Positions 37,872 to 48,488 are shown, counted from the stretch's first letter. The stretch: DNA of 64,000 nucleotides from Desulfobacterales bacterium (GCA_963674755.2 CAXXVS010000002.1:288001-352000), one strand, 5' to 3'. Made by a program: numbers and translations. The notes: generated from the letters alone by a model not told the origin.

Positions 37872-37952
37872 TGGCGGTACGCTGGGCGCGCTGCGGCACG
37901 GCCGCGTGCGCCCGGCGGCCCGAGACGGTCGCCATTTGGCGACGGCTTGTCT

Positions 37953-38783
37953 TCAGCTCGCTTTCAGCACATCGATCATGCTGAAAACCCGCCCCTGCAG
38001 TCCATCTTTTATCTTCCGATCGAGATAACGAATCGCCTTGAGCGTCCCGGCGGCATAGATGTCGCGGCCGTTGATGTTGTGTTTCAGCTGGAACAGGGTC
38101 GTGCCGTCCGGTGAGGTCAGGGTGTAGGTATGCCAGCCATGTCCGCCGAGGTATTTTTCCGGGATGCCCCACTGCTCACGCTGCATGGCGGGATCGCGTT
38201 CTTTCATGATCTGGTCGGGGCTGAAGGCAACCCCCATGGCATTGAAATAGCCCACGATCTCCTTGGCGGTACCGCTGGTGTCCGCCTTGCCCTGCTGGTG
38301 GCTTTCCTGGACTTCCAGGGTGTAGCCTTCAAACAGGTCTGGAAAATTGTCCGCGCCGTAGGCCAGCATGGCCTGCAGCCCGACGATCTGCTGGGCCATA
38401 TTCGGCGCGATGACCGCCGCAATCGACGACTTGGTCACCGTGTCGTGCAGTTCCTGGCGATCGCCGCCGGTGGTCCCCATGACAAAGGGCAGGTCATGGG
38501 TACAGTAGAAGCGGGCGTTGCGATTGACCGCTGAGGGATGGGTAAAATCGACGCTGATAAAATCCCCGTATTGATCTTTGATGGCCATGATGGCGGCATC
38601 CCGTTGCTCGGGGGGTACCAAAGCGATGCCCTTCGCTTCGATGGTGATGCGGTCGAGGTCGATTTCCGGACCGGTCAGTGAATAGGGCAGCAGGGCCAGC
38701 GTATCGTCGCGGGCAATGTGGCTTGCAATCAGGCGGGTGACATTTCCGGGCAGGCCATTGACCATGACTTTAAGACGGTTCAT
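37953..38783 (-). CDS. dapB: 4-hydroxy-tetrahydrodipicolinate reductase
   Basis: VMVNGLPG, VDFTHP, VMGTTG, ESHQQGKADTSGTA. Confidence 0.9.
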   Translation of the reverse strand: MNRLKVMVNGLPGNVTRLIASHIARDDTLALLPYSLTGPEIDLDRITIEAKGIALVPPEQRDAAIMAIKDQYGDFISVDFTHPSAVNRNARFYCTHDLPFVMGTTGGDRQELHDTVTKSSIAAVIAPNMAQQIVGLQAMLAYGADNFPDLFEGYTLEVQESHQQGKADTSGTAKEIVGYFNAMGVAFSPDQIMKERDPAMQREQWGIPEKYLGGHGWHTYTLTSPDGTTLFQLKHNINGRDIYAAGTLKAIRYLDRKIKDGLQGRVFSMIDVLKAS

Positions 38784-38926
38784 GGGCGCCTCCTCAAGGG
38801 TAAGGGTTGGTTTGCGATGGTTTTTCTGTTGTCGGCCCATAGCATGGATTGATCGGTTCCGCCAGCGTTCGCAAGGAATTCCTGGGTCGGGCTTGACAGG
38901 CCATCCGATTAGAGGGAGGGACACCG

Positions 38927-40618
38927 CTAGCGGGGGATGGTTTCGTTGGCGATCCGCGTGAGATGGGGAAATTCTTCCGCCCTGAAGTGCGACAGGTTTA
39001 GCTGCAGGCTGCGGACTGCCGCCGGAATATAGCGGGCAAAGAAGGGTTTGCCCTTTTGCCGGGTCAGGAAGCCGTAGGCGCCCAGAATCTGAAGATTGCG
39101 GGACAGCGCACAATAGCGGTAGGCGCGCTGAATTTCCGCGGCCGGGCTGCTGCTGACGGATGAAAGACGGGCGACGAAATAGCCCAAAAGCTTCTCCCGC
39201 AGAGCCGGCGGCAGGTCGACGTAGGGATCGATGAGCAGCGAGGCCAGATCGTAGTGGGGCGGCCCCAGTCGGCCTCCCTGAAAATCGATCAGGTAGTAGC
39301 GTCCCTCCCGCACCATGATGTTCCGGGACTGGAAATCCCGGTGCATGAAGCCCACCGGCTGGATCGCCGCGATGTTATCGGCCAGGCGGTGGTATTCCTT
39401 CTGTAAGTCTTCCGTCGGCGCTCTGATTCCGAGAAGCCCCTCCAGAAAGGCCTCGCTAAAATACCGGCATTCCTTTTCCAGTACCACTTCCCGGTCGTAA
39501 CGGGGGGTCTGGCAGGTCCAGCGCGGATCGAATTGTTCGGCCCCCCGCAGGGACATGGCCAGCAGGATATCCACGATCTGGCGATAGATGCCCTCCAGCG
39601 CGTGGTCGTCCGGAGCGTTTTGGATATAGGTCTGCAAATTTTGGGCGCCCAAGTCTTCCATGAACACCAGACCGGCGAAGCTGTCGGCCTGGAAGATTTC
39701 CGGTACCGGCAGGCCCCTGCGATGGAGGTGACGTCCGATGGCCACGAAGGCCTCCGCCTCGCAGGTGGCCGCCGCGGGTTTGATGCCGTGGTCGGCAACG
39801 ATCATGGTCGTCCGGTTTGCGCTCACGCGGTGCCACTGCCGATCCGAGCCGTCGCCGGGAAGGGTCTGCCAGTCGATACTGACCGGTTGCTGACCCTGGT
39901 CGGTCCTTTCCAGCAGGGCCTTGGTCATTACCTCTCGGGCCATCGCCCGGTAGCGTTCCGGCGTTCCGAGATCCGACCAGTGCAGAGGCGCGGGCAGGTA
40001 AGCCCGGATAGTTCGACCATCGTCGATCATGGCCTGGTAAGCGTCGATGCTGTTGGCAAACCCGTGCGGGGGGAGATAGGTCAGAACGTCCTCGTTGAGC
40101 ACCTGGACACCGGTGAAGGTCATGCGGCGGGTGTCGGGGATATCCGGGGCCTCGGGTGATTTCCGGAAGCCCGCCACGCGTTGGGCCGCATCGACGATCA
40201 CCGTGTTGAAGCGCGGGTCATGGCAGAGCGCCAGGCTGACCGGCTGGCCATGCTGCTGGTGAAACGCGTAAAAAGCCGCAAAATCCATATCGGTGTAAAT
40301 GTCGCTGTTGACCACCAGGAGCGGTTGCGGACGCCAGCGATCGGCGGTATTGCGGATGGCCCCCCCGGTGCCGAGGATCGCGGGCTCATGGCGCGTCTCG
40401 ACCCGGTCCGCATAGGGTCGGGTCTGCAGAAAGGCTTCGATCATGCCCGGCTTGTGGTGGGTATTGACGATGATGCGGCAGGCCCCGGCGGCCAGCAGGT
40501 CCTGGATGATGATGTCCAGCAGGGGACGGCCGTTCAAAGTAAACAGGGGTTTGGGGGTATGGTCGCTGTACGGACGCAGTCGTGTGCCGAAGCCGGCGGC
40601 CAGAACAAGGGCGATCAT
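38927..40618 (-). CDS. Nucleotidyltransferase-phosphotransferase fusion (MurU-like + AmgK-like)
   Basis: LAAGFGTRLRP...PKPL; GDGSDR, HRDFQSRN, IDFQG, YDLASLL. Confidence 0.85.
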   Translation of the reverse strand: MIALVLAAGFGTRLRPYSDHTPKPLFTLNGRPLLDIIIQDLLAAGACRIIVNTHHKPGMIEAFLQTRPYADRVETRHEPAILGTGGAIRNTADRWRPQPLLVVNSDIYTDMDFAAFYAFHQQHGQPVSLALCHDPRFNTVIVDAAQRVAGFRKSPEAPDIPDTRRMTFTGVQVLNEDVLTYLPPHGFANSIDAYQAMIDDGRTIRAYLPAPLHWSDLGTPERYRAMAREVMTKALLERTDQGQQPVSIDWQTLPGDGSDRQWHRVSANRTTMIVADHGIKPAAATCEAEAFVAIGRHLHRRGLPVPEIFQADSFAGLVFMEDLGAQNLQTYIQNAPDDHALEGIYRQIVDILLAMSLRGAEQFDPRWTCQTPRYDREVVLEKECRYFSEAFLEGLLGIRAPTEDLQKEYHRLADNIAAIQPVGFMHRDFQSRNIMVREGRYYLIDFQGGRLGPPHYDLASLLIDPYVDLPPALREKLLGYFVARLSSVSSSPAAEIQRAYRYCALSRNLQILGAYGFLTRQKGKPFFARYIPAAVRSLQLNLSHFRAEEFPHLTRIANETIPR

Positions 40619-40651
40619 GGGACGATTTTCCCGGACATCATCGGCCGCTCC

Positions 40652-43288
40652 TTATTGCAGCAGTTTCAAGTAGCGTTGGATGGCCTCCCCATAAGGACGG
40701 GCGTCGTCGTTGTCCTCGATGCTTTCGATGTCGCGGCTGTTGAAGAAGGCCAAGGCATTCTTGAAGGTCACCCGCGAGAGCGCCTCCGGGCATTCGATCT
40801 GGCTGGCCTTCAGCATGCGAGCCCCAAGGCTGGCCGCCTTCTTGGCATGCTCCTTATAGCCGACGTCGCTGCTCTTCTGCCGTCCCAGCTGGGTCAGCAC
40901 GACGAGATAGGCCTCCAGATAGGATTTGATAAAACGGGCATACAGACGCAGTTTGCGGAGCCCCGCCGAAGTAATGTTGTAGGTGTCCGGCAGGGTCGGG
41001 TGGGGGATCAAAACGGCATCGTCGATAAAGGCCTTGATGCTTTTGCGGACGTAGAATTCGGCGGGTTGTTCGATATCGTAGGCGAATTCGTATTTGAAGA
41101 GATCCTGCAGATAGCGGTAGGTGAGGTGCAGGTCCGTGGAGATGAACTGGAAGGCATCGTATCTGAGAATGGCCAGGGCCGTAAAGGCCGCCGGGACGAA
41201 GCAGGCCACGCAGTTGTTTTTGTAATATTCAAGGCTGGGGCGCTTTTCAGCGTTGGTGCGGTAGCGCAGGGCTTCGTCATGGGAATCGTCCTTCTTGGAG
41301 GCCGGTTCGATGAACTTGCGCTGGACATAGGTCTCAAAAGCCTGCGCCAGGGCGTGATCCGGGGACATGATCAGGGTGTCGGCCAGTTTATAACCATGGA
41401 AGTGCAGGTGCTTGAGGTAGGTGTCGATCACGCCGGCCACATCGTCATAGGTGTAGGCGGTCCCCTCCTGATTCAGGATGGCCGCTGCCACCAGGGCATG
41501 GGGGGTGATGATGGTAATGCGGTTGATGGCATTGATGACCCGGTGGCCGATATTACGGCAGAAAGCGCTGGTGGCCTCCTTGTCCATTTTCTCCAGATCC
41601 AGCTGGTTGCGTGCCAGCAAGTCTTTCAGCGACATGGGATCGTGGAACTCGATATAGATCTTGCCAAAGCGCTTTTTGAGGACTTTTCTGGCGCGGATGA
41701 CCTGGGAGAGGCTCTCGGGTTCTTTCTTGCCGCCCTCCAACTCGTGCAGGTAGGCTTTTTCTTCCGGTACCTTGTCGTAACCGATAAAAATCGGGGACAG
41801 CAGGAGATCTTCACAGGCCCCGTTGCGGTAGGCATCCAGCAGGATGGACAGCAGACCGGTTTTGGGGGAAAGCAATTTGCCCGTGCGGCTGCGCCCGCCC
41901 TCGATGAAGACTTCGATGTTGAAGCCCTCCTGCAGCAGCTTGTAGACATAGGCCGCAAACACCCGCGCGTACAATGGGGCGCCCTTGAAGGTGCGGCGCA
42001 TGAAAAAGGCGCCGGCACTGCGAAAGATCGGTCCCATGGGCCAGAACGAGAGGTTCTTGCCAGCCACGATATGGGGGCAGGGCATGTTGTTGCGGTACAT
42101 GAGGTAGGACAGCATGAGGTAATCGATATGGCTCTTGTGGCAGGGCAGCAGGATGAGCGGCCCTTTTTGGGACATGGTTTTAAGACGGTCCAAACCGTTC
42201 TGGTCCACGATAAAGCCATCGAACATGGTGTTGATGATCCAGGTCAGCAGGGCTTCGTAGACCTTGATGGTCCAGGGACGGTAATGAGCGGCAATCTCTT
42301 CAAAATAGTCGTCCGCTTTTTTCAATAGCCGGGTGACCGGCTTGTCTTCGGTGGCGGCCTGCTGCTGCACAAAATCCTGAAAAGCCGCCGCCGTGAGAAC
42401 GCCTTCCTTGATTTCGAGGCGCGACTTGAGCAGCGGCCCCATAATGCTTTGACGGTGACGGTGGATCTGCAGCAGGAGGTTGCGGCGCAGGACAAGGGCC
42501 TGGTAGGCGCTGGCGCGGTCGCGCATATCCGGATGCGCCAGGAAGGTTTGCAAATTCAGCGGTTCGCTGATTTCCACGAAAATCCGCCCCGGTTTTTTGA
42601 TCAGGATCGCGATGCGCCGCCAGCCGCTCAAAGGCCGTTCCGGGCCGAACAGGAAATCCCGGAGGGAAGGGTTGGCCTTGGCGGGGTCCTTTTTATCGAT
42701 CAACAATTGCGGGATCAAATAGATCGGACGTGGTGTTTGCTTCTGGAGTTCCAACAGGTACTGGATGGGATCCTCTTTTTGTTTGACAAAACGGCGCCGG
42801 AAGCCACGGGGCTCCACCAGGGACAGCAAGCCGGCCTGCCCGCTTTGCAGCGCTTCGGCGTAATAACCGCTGGCATAGGCATTGGGGAAGGTGAAATGCC
42901 GGCAAAAATAATCCAGACGGGCCAGGAGCATCCGGAAGATGCGGGCTACCGGCTGGCACAGGAAGAGGGCATAGTCAAAGGCCAGGGTCGGCACGGGGTG
43001 GCGTGTATCGCGATAGCGGGTGTGGTAAAAAAGACGCTCGAACAGACTTTTGCGCCGCGTGACATAGACCGGGATGGCGTCGCGCGGCAGCTTTTTAAGC
43101 ACGGCCGCCTGGTTGGGGGCCAGGTTGATTCCCCGGTAAAAGAGATTGAGGAACCACGAAAGCAGATTGCCGGGATTTTCGGGCAGGTAGCAGGCATAGT
43201 AATGATAGCTGCCCTTGAGCAGGCGCAGCACCCAACGCCGTACCCTGGCCTGGATGCGTGCCCATTTTGGATTGGTCGTAATGGTCAT
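40652..43288 (-). CDS. plsB: Glycerol-3-phosphate acyltransferase (PlsB-like)
   Basis: HKSHID (HxxxxD), GAFFMRR, FIEGGRSRTG. Confidence 0.85.
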   Translation of the reverse strand: MTITTNPKWARIQARVRRWVLRLLKGSYHYYACYLPENPGNLLSWFLNLFYRGINLAPNQAAVLKKLPRDAIPVYVTRRKSLFERLFYHTRYRDTRHPVPTLAFDYALFLCQPVARIFRMLLARLDYFCRHFTFPNAYASGYYAEALQSGQAGLLSLVEPRGFRRRFVKQKEDPIQYLLELQKQTPRPIYLIPQLLIDKKDPAKANPSLRDFLFGPERPLSGWRRIAILIKKPGRIFVEISEPLNLQTFLAHPDMRDRASAYQALVLRRNLLLQIHRHRQSIMGPLLKSRLEIKEGVLTAAAFQDFVQQQAATEDKPVTRLLKKADDYFEEIAAHYRPWTIKVYEALLTWIINTMFDGFIVDQNGLDRLKTMSQKGPLILLPCHKSHIDYLMLSYLMYRNNMPCPHIVAGKNLSFWPMGPIFRSAGAFFMRRTFKGAPLYARVFAAYVYKLLQEGFNIEVFIEGGRSRTGKLLSPKTGLLSILLDAYRNGACEDLLLSPIFIGYDKVPEEKAYLHELEGGKKEPESLSQVIRARKVLKKRFGKIYIEFHDPMSLKDLLARNQLDLEKMDKEATSAFCRNIGHRVINAINRITIITPHALVAAAILNQEGTAYTYDDVAGVIDTYLKHLHFHGYKLADTLIMSPDHALAQAFETYVQRKFIEPASKKDDSHDEALRYRTNAEKRPSLEYYKNNCVACFVPAAFTALAILRYDAFQFISTDLHLTYRYLQDLFKYEFAYDIEQPAEFYVRKSIKAFIDDAVLIPHPTLPDTYNITSAGLRKLRLYARFIKSYLEAYLVVLTQLGRQKSSDVGYKEHAKKAASLGARMLKASQIECPEALSRVTFKNALAFFNSRDIESIEDNDDARPYGEAIQRYLKLLQ

Positions 43289-43775
43289 GCCTTGTCCTGT
43301 TCCTGAAGGTCCGCTGATTACGCTGAGGGGGCGATGGGAGGTCGTTTCCTGGTTCGCTGTCGAACGGTCCGGCCAACCAAACAGCCTATCTTCAATCCTT
43401 TAAAAAACCAAAAATTAGCAGAACCTCCGGAGGGTTGCAACGATTAAGTCGCGGAAGCACCCTGGCCCATTGCCCAATGGGAACGGCAGGTCCGGCACCC
43501 GTTCGGCGGGCGCCGATTTGAGAAAATTTAAACTTGTGAAAAAAAAAAGGATGTGTTATCCGAGACCAGAATTTGAGAGCTCATCAACGGAACCATTTTC
43601 TTCTGTCATCGTATTTTGTTCGATACGAACAACCCCGTAACCGGACCATTGTCGATGCAAGACCATCGAGTTCGGCAATCCAATGCCGTTCGGCGGTATT
43701 GATCTGGAATCTAAGACGACCTATTCTAGAGCGTATACGAATCTGAAATTTTTTTTGCAAGGAGGAGAAATTCAT

Positions 43776-44054
43776 ATGAAAACGTTAGTAGGTGGGGCGG
43801 CAGCCGCTGTTCTCGGTCTTATCGGTCTCGTGGTATGGTGGGCACCCTTTTTGACGCTTCTGGCCGGCGCCATTCCGCTGGTCCTGCTTTTGGGCGGCGG
43901 TCTGGCGATTTACCTGGGATTCGATGAGCTGAAAGACAACTGGAAAAAAGATGATGCTATCGGCAGCCCGGTTGGGTCGGACGACGATGTGGAAAAGTAC
44001 AAGCAGGAAATCGACGACCTCAAGCAGGAAATCGAAAATCTGAAAAGCGCCTAA
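43776..44054 (+). CDS. Small two-TM protein with an acidic coiled-coil tail (MamI-like pattern)
   Basis: RBS AGGAGG; LGLIG..WW...LAGAIP..LLLGG. Confidence 0.75.
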   Translation: MKTLVGGAAAAVLGLIGLVVWWAPFLTLLAGAIPLVLLLGGGLAIYLGFDELKDNWKKDDAIGSPVGSDDDVEKYKQEIDDLKQEIENLKSA

Positions 44055-44078
44055 GCCATCCTGATTTATCCGTCACGG

Positions 44079-44112
44079 AAGCCCTGGATCGTTAGATCCG
44101 GGGCTTTTTTTT
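44079..44112 (+). terminator. Intrinsic terminator
   Basis: AAGCCCTGGATC-GTTA-GATCCGGGGCTT followed by a T run. Confidence 0.85.
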
Positions 44113-44129
44113 GTGAATAGGCGGAGGTG

Positions 44130-45308
44130 CTATTCGGAATAGAGGAGACAGCCTTGCCGCTGGATGCGGAAGGCCTCCAGCCCCTCCTGCCAGGCATCTT
44201 CCAGGGTGTCGATGGGCACCATCGCACTGAGTCCCCGACGGACCTCCCGGCTGCCCAGAATGAGATCGATGGCCGGGCGCTCGAATTCATACTCGTAAGG
44301 CGCGCGCTTCCACTGAAAGTCGTCGCCATGCTGATGCAGGACCGCCTGGAGCAGGGCCAATGACGTCCGGTAGGGCCGGTAGCGGTCCGGCGCGGTGACG
44401 TGGATCTGAAACCCGCGGCAGGCCTGACCGGCATGCTTCCCTGAGGTGGGTTCGAACAGGCAGGGCCGCAGGACCGCCCCCGGGACCCGGGGACCGCCCA
44501 TAAAGGCCAGAATGTTTCCCGGATTGAGGAAGGGGGCCCCGCAGACCTCAAACGGCAGCGCTGTGCCGCGCCCTTCAGAGATGTTGGTCCCCTCCCAGAT
44601 CACCTGGCCGGGATAGACGGTCGCGGTCGCCTCGCTGGGCATATTGGGCGAAGGGGGCACCCAGGGCAGGCCGGTCTGATGGAACCACATGGCGCGCTGC
44701 CAGCCCTCCATGGGAACCACTTCCAGGTCCGCACCTCCGCCGAAGCCGTCGTTGAAGAGCCGGGCCAGCTCGCCGACGGTCATGGCGTGACGCATGGGGA
44801 TGGGGAAGCGGCCCACAAACGAGGCCCACTCCGCTTCGAGCACATTGCCCTCCAGATCCCGGCCGTTGATGGGATTGGGGCGGTCGAGCACCAGCACCCG
44901 TTTGCCGGCCGCGGCGGCCGCTTCCAGGCAGTAGGAAAGCGTATAAATAAAGGTATAGACGCGCGTACCCACATCCTGAAGATCCACCACCAGGACATCG
45001 ATGGGCGATAGCATGGACGCCGTGGGGATCCGGGTTTCGCCGTAGAGGCTGTAGACGGGCAGGCCGGTGGCGGCATCGGTGGTGTGATCCGACTCGACCA
45101 TGTTGTCCTGTTTTTCGGCGTGAAAACCGTGCTGAGGAGAGTACAAAGCGCGAAGCTGTCCGGGAAAGCGCTGGGTCATCCGGTCCCGGGCATGCACGTA
45201 TTCCCGGTCCACGGAGGCCGGGTTGCACAATAGTCCCAGCCGGGCGCCCGCTATCCAGGGGTGGCTGTCCCGCAGCAATATCTCCAGTCCTGTTCTGACG
45301 AATGGCAT
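44130..45308 (-). CDS. namZ: Exo-beta-N-acetylmuramidase NamZ (DUF1343)
   Basis: PQHG, VYSLYG, DLQDVGTRVYT, LDRPNP, SEGRGT. Confidence 0.9.
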   Translation of the reverse strand: MPFVRTGLEILLRDSHPWIAGARLGLLCNPASVDREYVHARDRMTQRFPGQLRALYSPQHGFHAEKQDNMVESDHTTDAATGLPVYSLYGETRIPTASMLSPIDVLVVDLQDVGTRVYTFIYTLSYCLEAAAAAGKRVLVLDRPNPINGRDLEGNVLEAEWASFVGRFPIPMRHAMTVGELARLFNDGFGGGADLEVVPMEGWQRAMWFHQTGLPWVPPSPNMPSEATATVYPGQVIWEGTNISEGRGTALPFEVCGAPFLNPGNILAFMGGPRVPGAVLRPCLFEPTSGKHAGQACRGFQIHVTAPDRYRPYRTSLALLQAVLHQHGDDFQWKRAPYEYEFERPAIDLILGSREVRRGLSAMVPIDTLEDAWQEGLEAFRIQRQGCLLYSE

Positions 45309-45546
45309 GGGGGAATTCCTTCTTCAAAGGGTGGTGCCTGTGATTTGTGGGGCACCATAACCAAGCCCGTGTGATTTATCAATACGCGTTCCGGGCAATA
45401 GGGAAGCGGCCGGCTTTCAGGCGCAAAGGGCCGCCATCGAGGCCGGCCGGGACTTCGTGTTATATTGCGGTGCGTTCGGGATGGCGTCAAGCGGCTTGAC
45501 AATTCAACGAATAACCAATACAGAGCATTTTTGCTGAAATCGCCAG

Positions 45547-46290
45547 GTGAAATGCGCGGCAGGCGTGTTCTCCCTGGGGGGCAATTCGATCCGGAAGAGG
45601 ACCCTGTTGGACATCCGTTTGCATGGTGTTGTCGTCATCGTCGGCAACTACGGTAGCGGCAAGACCGAAGTTGCCATCAATCTGGCATTGGCTTGCCGGC
45701 AATCGGGCGAAACCGTCCGGGTGGTCGATCTGGATCTGGTCAATCCCTATTTCCGCACCCGGGAAGCCCGCGCGCTGTTGCGCGCCAACGATGTCGACAT
45801 CCTGCTGCCGCCGGCGCCCTATCTGTATGCCGACCTTCCCATCGTGATGCCGGCGGTTTCCGGCGCCATTCGGCAGCCCGGCCCCTTGACCATCCTGGAT
45901 GTGGGCGGCGACGATGCCGGCGCCACCGTGCTGGCATCGCTGGCCGACGCCTTTCGCGGGAAGGCGGTTGAGATGCTGCAGGTGATCAATCCCCATCGAC
46001 CGCTGACCGACACGGTAAAAGGCTGCCTGGCCATGCGGGCCCAAATCGAAGCGGCCTCGCACTTGACCGTGACCGGTTGGATCGGCAATGCGCACCTGAT
46101 GGAAACCACTTCCGCCGACACCATACGGGCGGGCTACCGCTTCGCCGCGGAAGTGAGCCGGGCCAGTAGCTTGCCGCTGGTCTTGGTGACGGCGCCTCAA
46201 ACGTTGATGGACGACCTGGCCCAAGATACCTTTGCCTGCCCGGTGCTGCCGATCCGTCGTCATTTGGCACTGCCCTGGCAAAGGGGGTAA
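45547..46290 (+). CDS. P-loop NTPase associated with vor operons (start uncertain)
   Basis: GNYGSGKTE, DLDLVNPYFR, DVGGD. Confidence 0.8.
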   Translation: MKCAAGVFSLGGNSIRKRTLLDIRLHGVVVIVGNYGSGKTEVAINLALACRQSGETVRVVDLDLVNPYFRTREARALLRANDVDILLPPAPYLYADLPIVMPAVSGAIRQPGPLTILDVGGDDAGATVLASLADAFRGKAVEMLQVINPHRPLTDTVKGCLAMRAQIEAASHLTVTGWIGNAHLMETTSADTIRAGYRFAAEVSRASSLPLVLVTAPQTLMDDLAQDTFACPVLPIRRHLALPWQRG

Positions 46291-46355
46291 AGCCCGTACC
46301 AAACCGACATCCGGCTCTCCCTAGAGCGGCTGGTTGATTTAAAGGAGTCAATGCT

Positions 46356-46586
46356 ATGGCCTATGTGCATCAAATCGACACCGAACGTTGCAAGGGCTGC
46401 GGCCTGTGTGTCGCCGTCTGTCCGAAGAATGTGCTTGAATTGGGGAAGGAGCTCAATGCCAAAGGCTATTTCCCGGCCTATCAGGCCCGTCCCGAAGACT
46501 GTATCTATTGCGCCATCTGTTGTGTCATGTGTCCGGATGTCGCCATTTCAATTGTCGAAACAGCGGAAGAAAAGTCCGCTGGCTGA
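46356..46586 (+). CDS. 2x[4Fe-4S] ferredoxin (oxidoreductase delta subunit)
   Basis: Two CxxCxxCxxxCP motifs. Confidence 0.92.
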   Translation: MAYVHQIDTERCKGCGLCVAVCPKNVLELGKELNAKGYFPAYQARPEDCIYCAICCVMCPDVAISIVETAEEKSAG

Positions 46587-46601
46587 ACAGCAGGAGGTAG
46601 C

Positions 46602-47675
46602 ATGAGCAAGGTTCTCATGAAAGGCAACGAGGCGATCGGTGAAGCGGCTATCCGCGCCGGTTGTTTGAATTACTTCGCTTACCCGATCACCCCCCAATCC
46701 GAGGTGGCCGAATATCTTGCGCGCCGGATGCCGGAGGCGGGCGGCGTCTTTCTGCAGGGTGAGAGCGAAGTGGCGGTGGGCTATATGATATTCGGTGCTG
46801 CGGGCTGCGGGGCCCGGGTCTTTACGACCTCTTCCAGCCCGGGAATCAGCCTCATGAGCGAGGCCCTGAGTTATATTACCTGCGCCCAGTGCCCGGCCGT
46901 TTTCGTCAATATCATGCGGGGGGGGCCCGGCCTGGGCGGAATTCTGCCCTCCCAGGGCGACTATTTCCAGGCCACCAAAGGCGGCGGACACGGGGATTAT
47001 CATCTTTTGGTGATGGCGCCGGCCAGTGTCCAGGAAGCCGTCGAAATGGTCATGCAGGCCTTTCCGCTGGCCGAGAAATATCGCAATCCCGTTATGATTC
47101 TGGGGGACGGCCTCATCGGTCAGATGATGGAACCGGTGGAATTCCCCGACGATCTGGTATGCGAGCCCTCCAACAAGGATGACTGGGCCACCAACGGGAT
47201 GGATCACCGCGGCCGTGAAAAACCCAATCTCGTCAAATCCCTCTTTCTGGATCCGGTCCAGCTCAACGACCACAACCTGCTGTTGAAGGCCAAATACGAG
47301 CGCATGAAACGGGACGAGGTACGCTACGAAGCCTATAACCTCGAAGGGAATTATCGCGCCCTGATCGTCAGCTACGGCACCATGAGCCGCGTGTGCCGCA
47401 CGGCCATCGATCTCCTGAAGGAGGCCGGGCTGGAGGTCGCCATGATTCGTCCCCAAACGCTTTTCCCCTTCCCCGAAGCCGCTGTGCGCGAGGCCGCCGG
47501 CAAGGCGGGCTGCCAAGTGGCCGTCAGCATCGAAATGAGCATGGGCCAGATGGTGGAAGACGTGGAGCGCAGCGTCCGGGGGCAGTGCCCGGTGGAATGG
47601 TATGGCAAATGCGGCGGCGAGGTGCCGACGCCCGAGGAAATCATGGATGTTGTGCGTGGCATGCTGGACGCCTGA
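46602..47675 (+). CDS. vorB: 2-oxoacid:ferredoxin oxidoreductase alpha-type subunit (VorB)
   Basis: MKGNEA, YPITPQSE, TSSSPG, RGGPGLG. Confidence 0.9.
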   Translation: MSKVLMKGNEAIGEAAIRAGCLNYFAYPITPQSEVAEYLARRMPEAGGVFLQGESEVAVGYMIFGAAGCGARVFTTSSSPGISLMSEALSYITCAQCPAVFVNIMRGGPGLGGILPSQGDYFQATKGGGHGDYHLLVMAPASVQEAVEMVMQAFPLAEKYRNPVMILGDGLIGQMMEPVEFPDDLVCEPSNKDDWATNGMDHRGREKPNLVKSLFLDPVQLNDHNLLLKAKYERMKRDEVRYEAYNLEGNYRALIVSYGTMSRVCRTAIDLLKEAGLEVAMIRPQTLFPFPEAAVREAAGKAGCQVAVSIEMSMGQMVEDVERSVRGQCPVEWYGKCGGEVPTPEEIMDVVRGMLDA

Positions 47676-47735
47676 AACCGGTGGCCGGATAGCATCTGTC
47701 GTACGCAAGAAATTGCTGATCGAGGAGTCTTTATC

Positions 47736-48488
47736 ATGGGAAAAACATTTACCCGCCCGGAAGCGCTGACCGAGCAACCCACCCACTACTGCCCGGGGTG
47801 CACCCACGGCGTGATCCATCGCCTGGTGGCGGAAGTGATCGACGAGTTGGGCATCCGCAAGCGCACGGTGGGCATCGCGCCGGTGGGATGTGCGGTGCTG
47901 GCCTACAATTACTTCAACCTCGACTTCCAGGAGGCGGCCCACGGGCGCGCGCCGGCCATGGCTACGGGCATCAAACGGGTGCGGCCCGATCTGGTGGTGT
48001 TCACCTATCAGGGCGATGGCGACCTGGCCAGTATCGGCATGGGGGAAATCGTCCACGCCGCCAACCGGGGGGAAAAATTTACCACGATTTTCGTGAACAA
48101 TGCGGTCTACGGCATGACCGGGGGCCAGATGGCGCCCACCACCATGCCGGACCAGCGCACCACCACATCGCCGTTCGGCCGTGACGTGCAGGCCGTGGGC
48201 ATGCCCATCAAGATGGCCGAGCTGCTGGCCGCCCTGCAAACACCGGCCTACATCACCCGGCAGTCGGTCATCAAACCCAAGTATATCAACCGGGCCAAGA
48301 AAGCGATCCACAAGGCCTTTTCCTATCAGCTGGAGGGGCGTTGCTTCAGCTTCGTGGAGTTGGTCAGTACCTGTCCCACCAACTGGGGGATGACCCCGCT
48401 GGATGCCGTCGAATGGACGGAGAAGACCCTGCTGCCCTACTACCAGCTGGGGGATTGCAAGACACCTGAAGCGCGCGAGGAGGCCTAA
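47736..48488 (+). CDS. 2-oxoacid:ferredoxin oxidoreductase beta (TPP-binding) subunit
   Basis: YCPGC, HGRA, GDGD...NN, CPTNW. Confidence 0.92.
   Translation: MGKTFTRPEALTEQPTHYCPGCTHGVIHRLVAEVIDELGIRKRTVGIAPVGCAVLAYNYFNLDFQEAAHGRAPAMATGIKRVRPDLVVFTYQGDGDLASIGMGEIVHAANRGEKFTTIFVNNAVYGMTGGQMAPTTMPDQRTTTSPFGRDVQAVGMPIKMAELLAALQTPAYITRQSVIKPKYINRAKKAIHKAFSYQLEGRCFSFVELVSTCPTNWGMTPLDAVEWTEKTLLPYYQLGDCKTPEAREEA

Noticed and set aside
40181..42328. Long antisense/shadow ORFs (e.g. 40181-42328, 46548-48311, 51785-53338, 35400-36668, 858-1802)
   Set aside because: They lie opposite well-supported genes in GC-rich DNA and show no protein motifs; expected codon-bias artefacts
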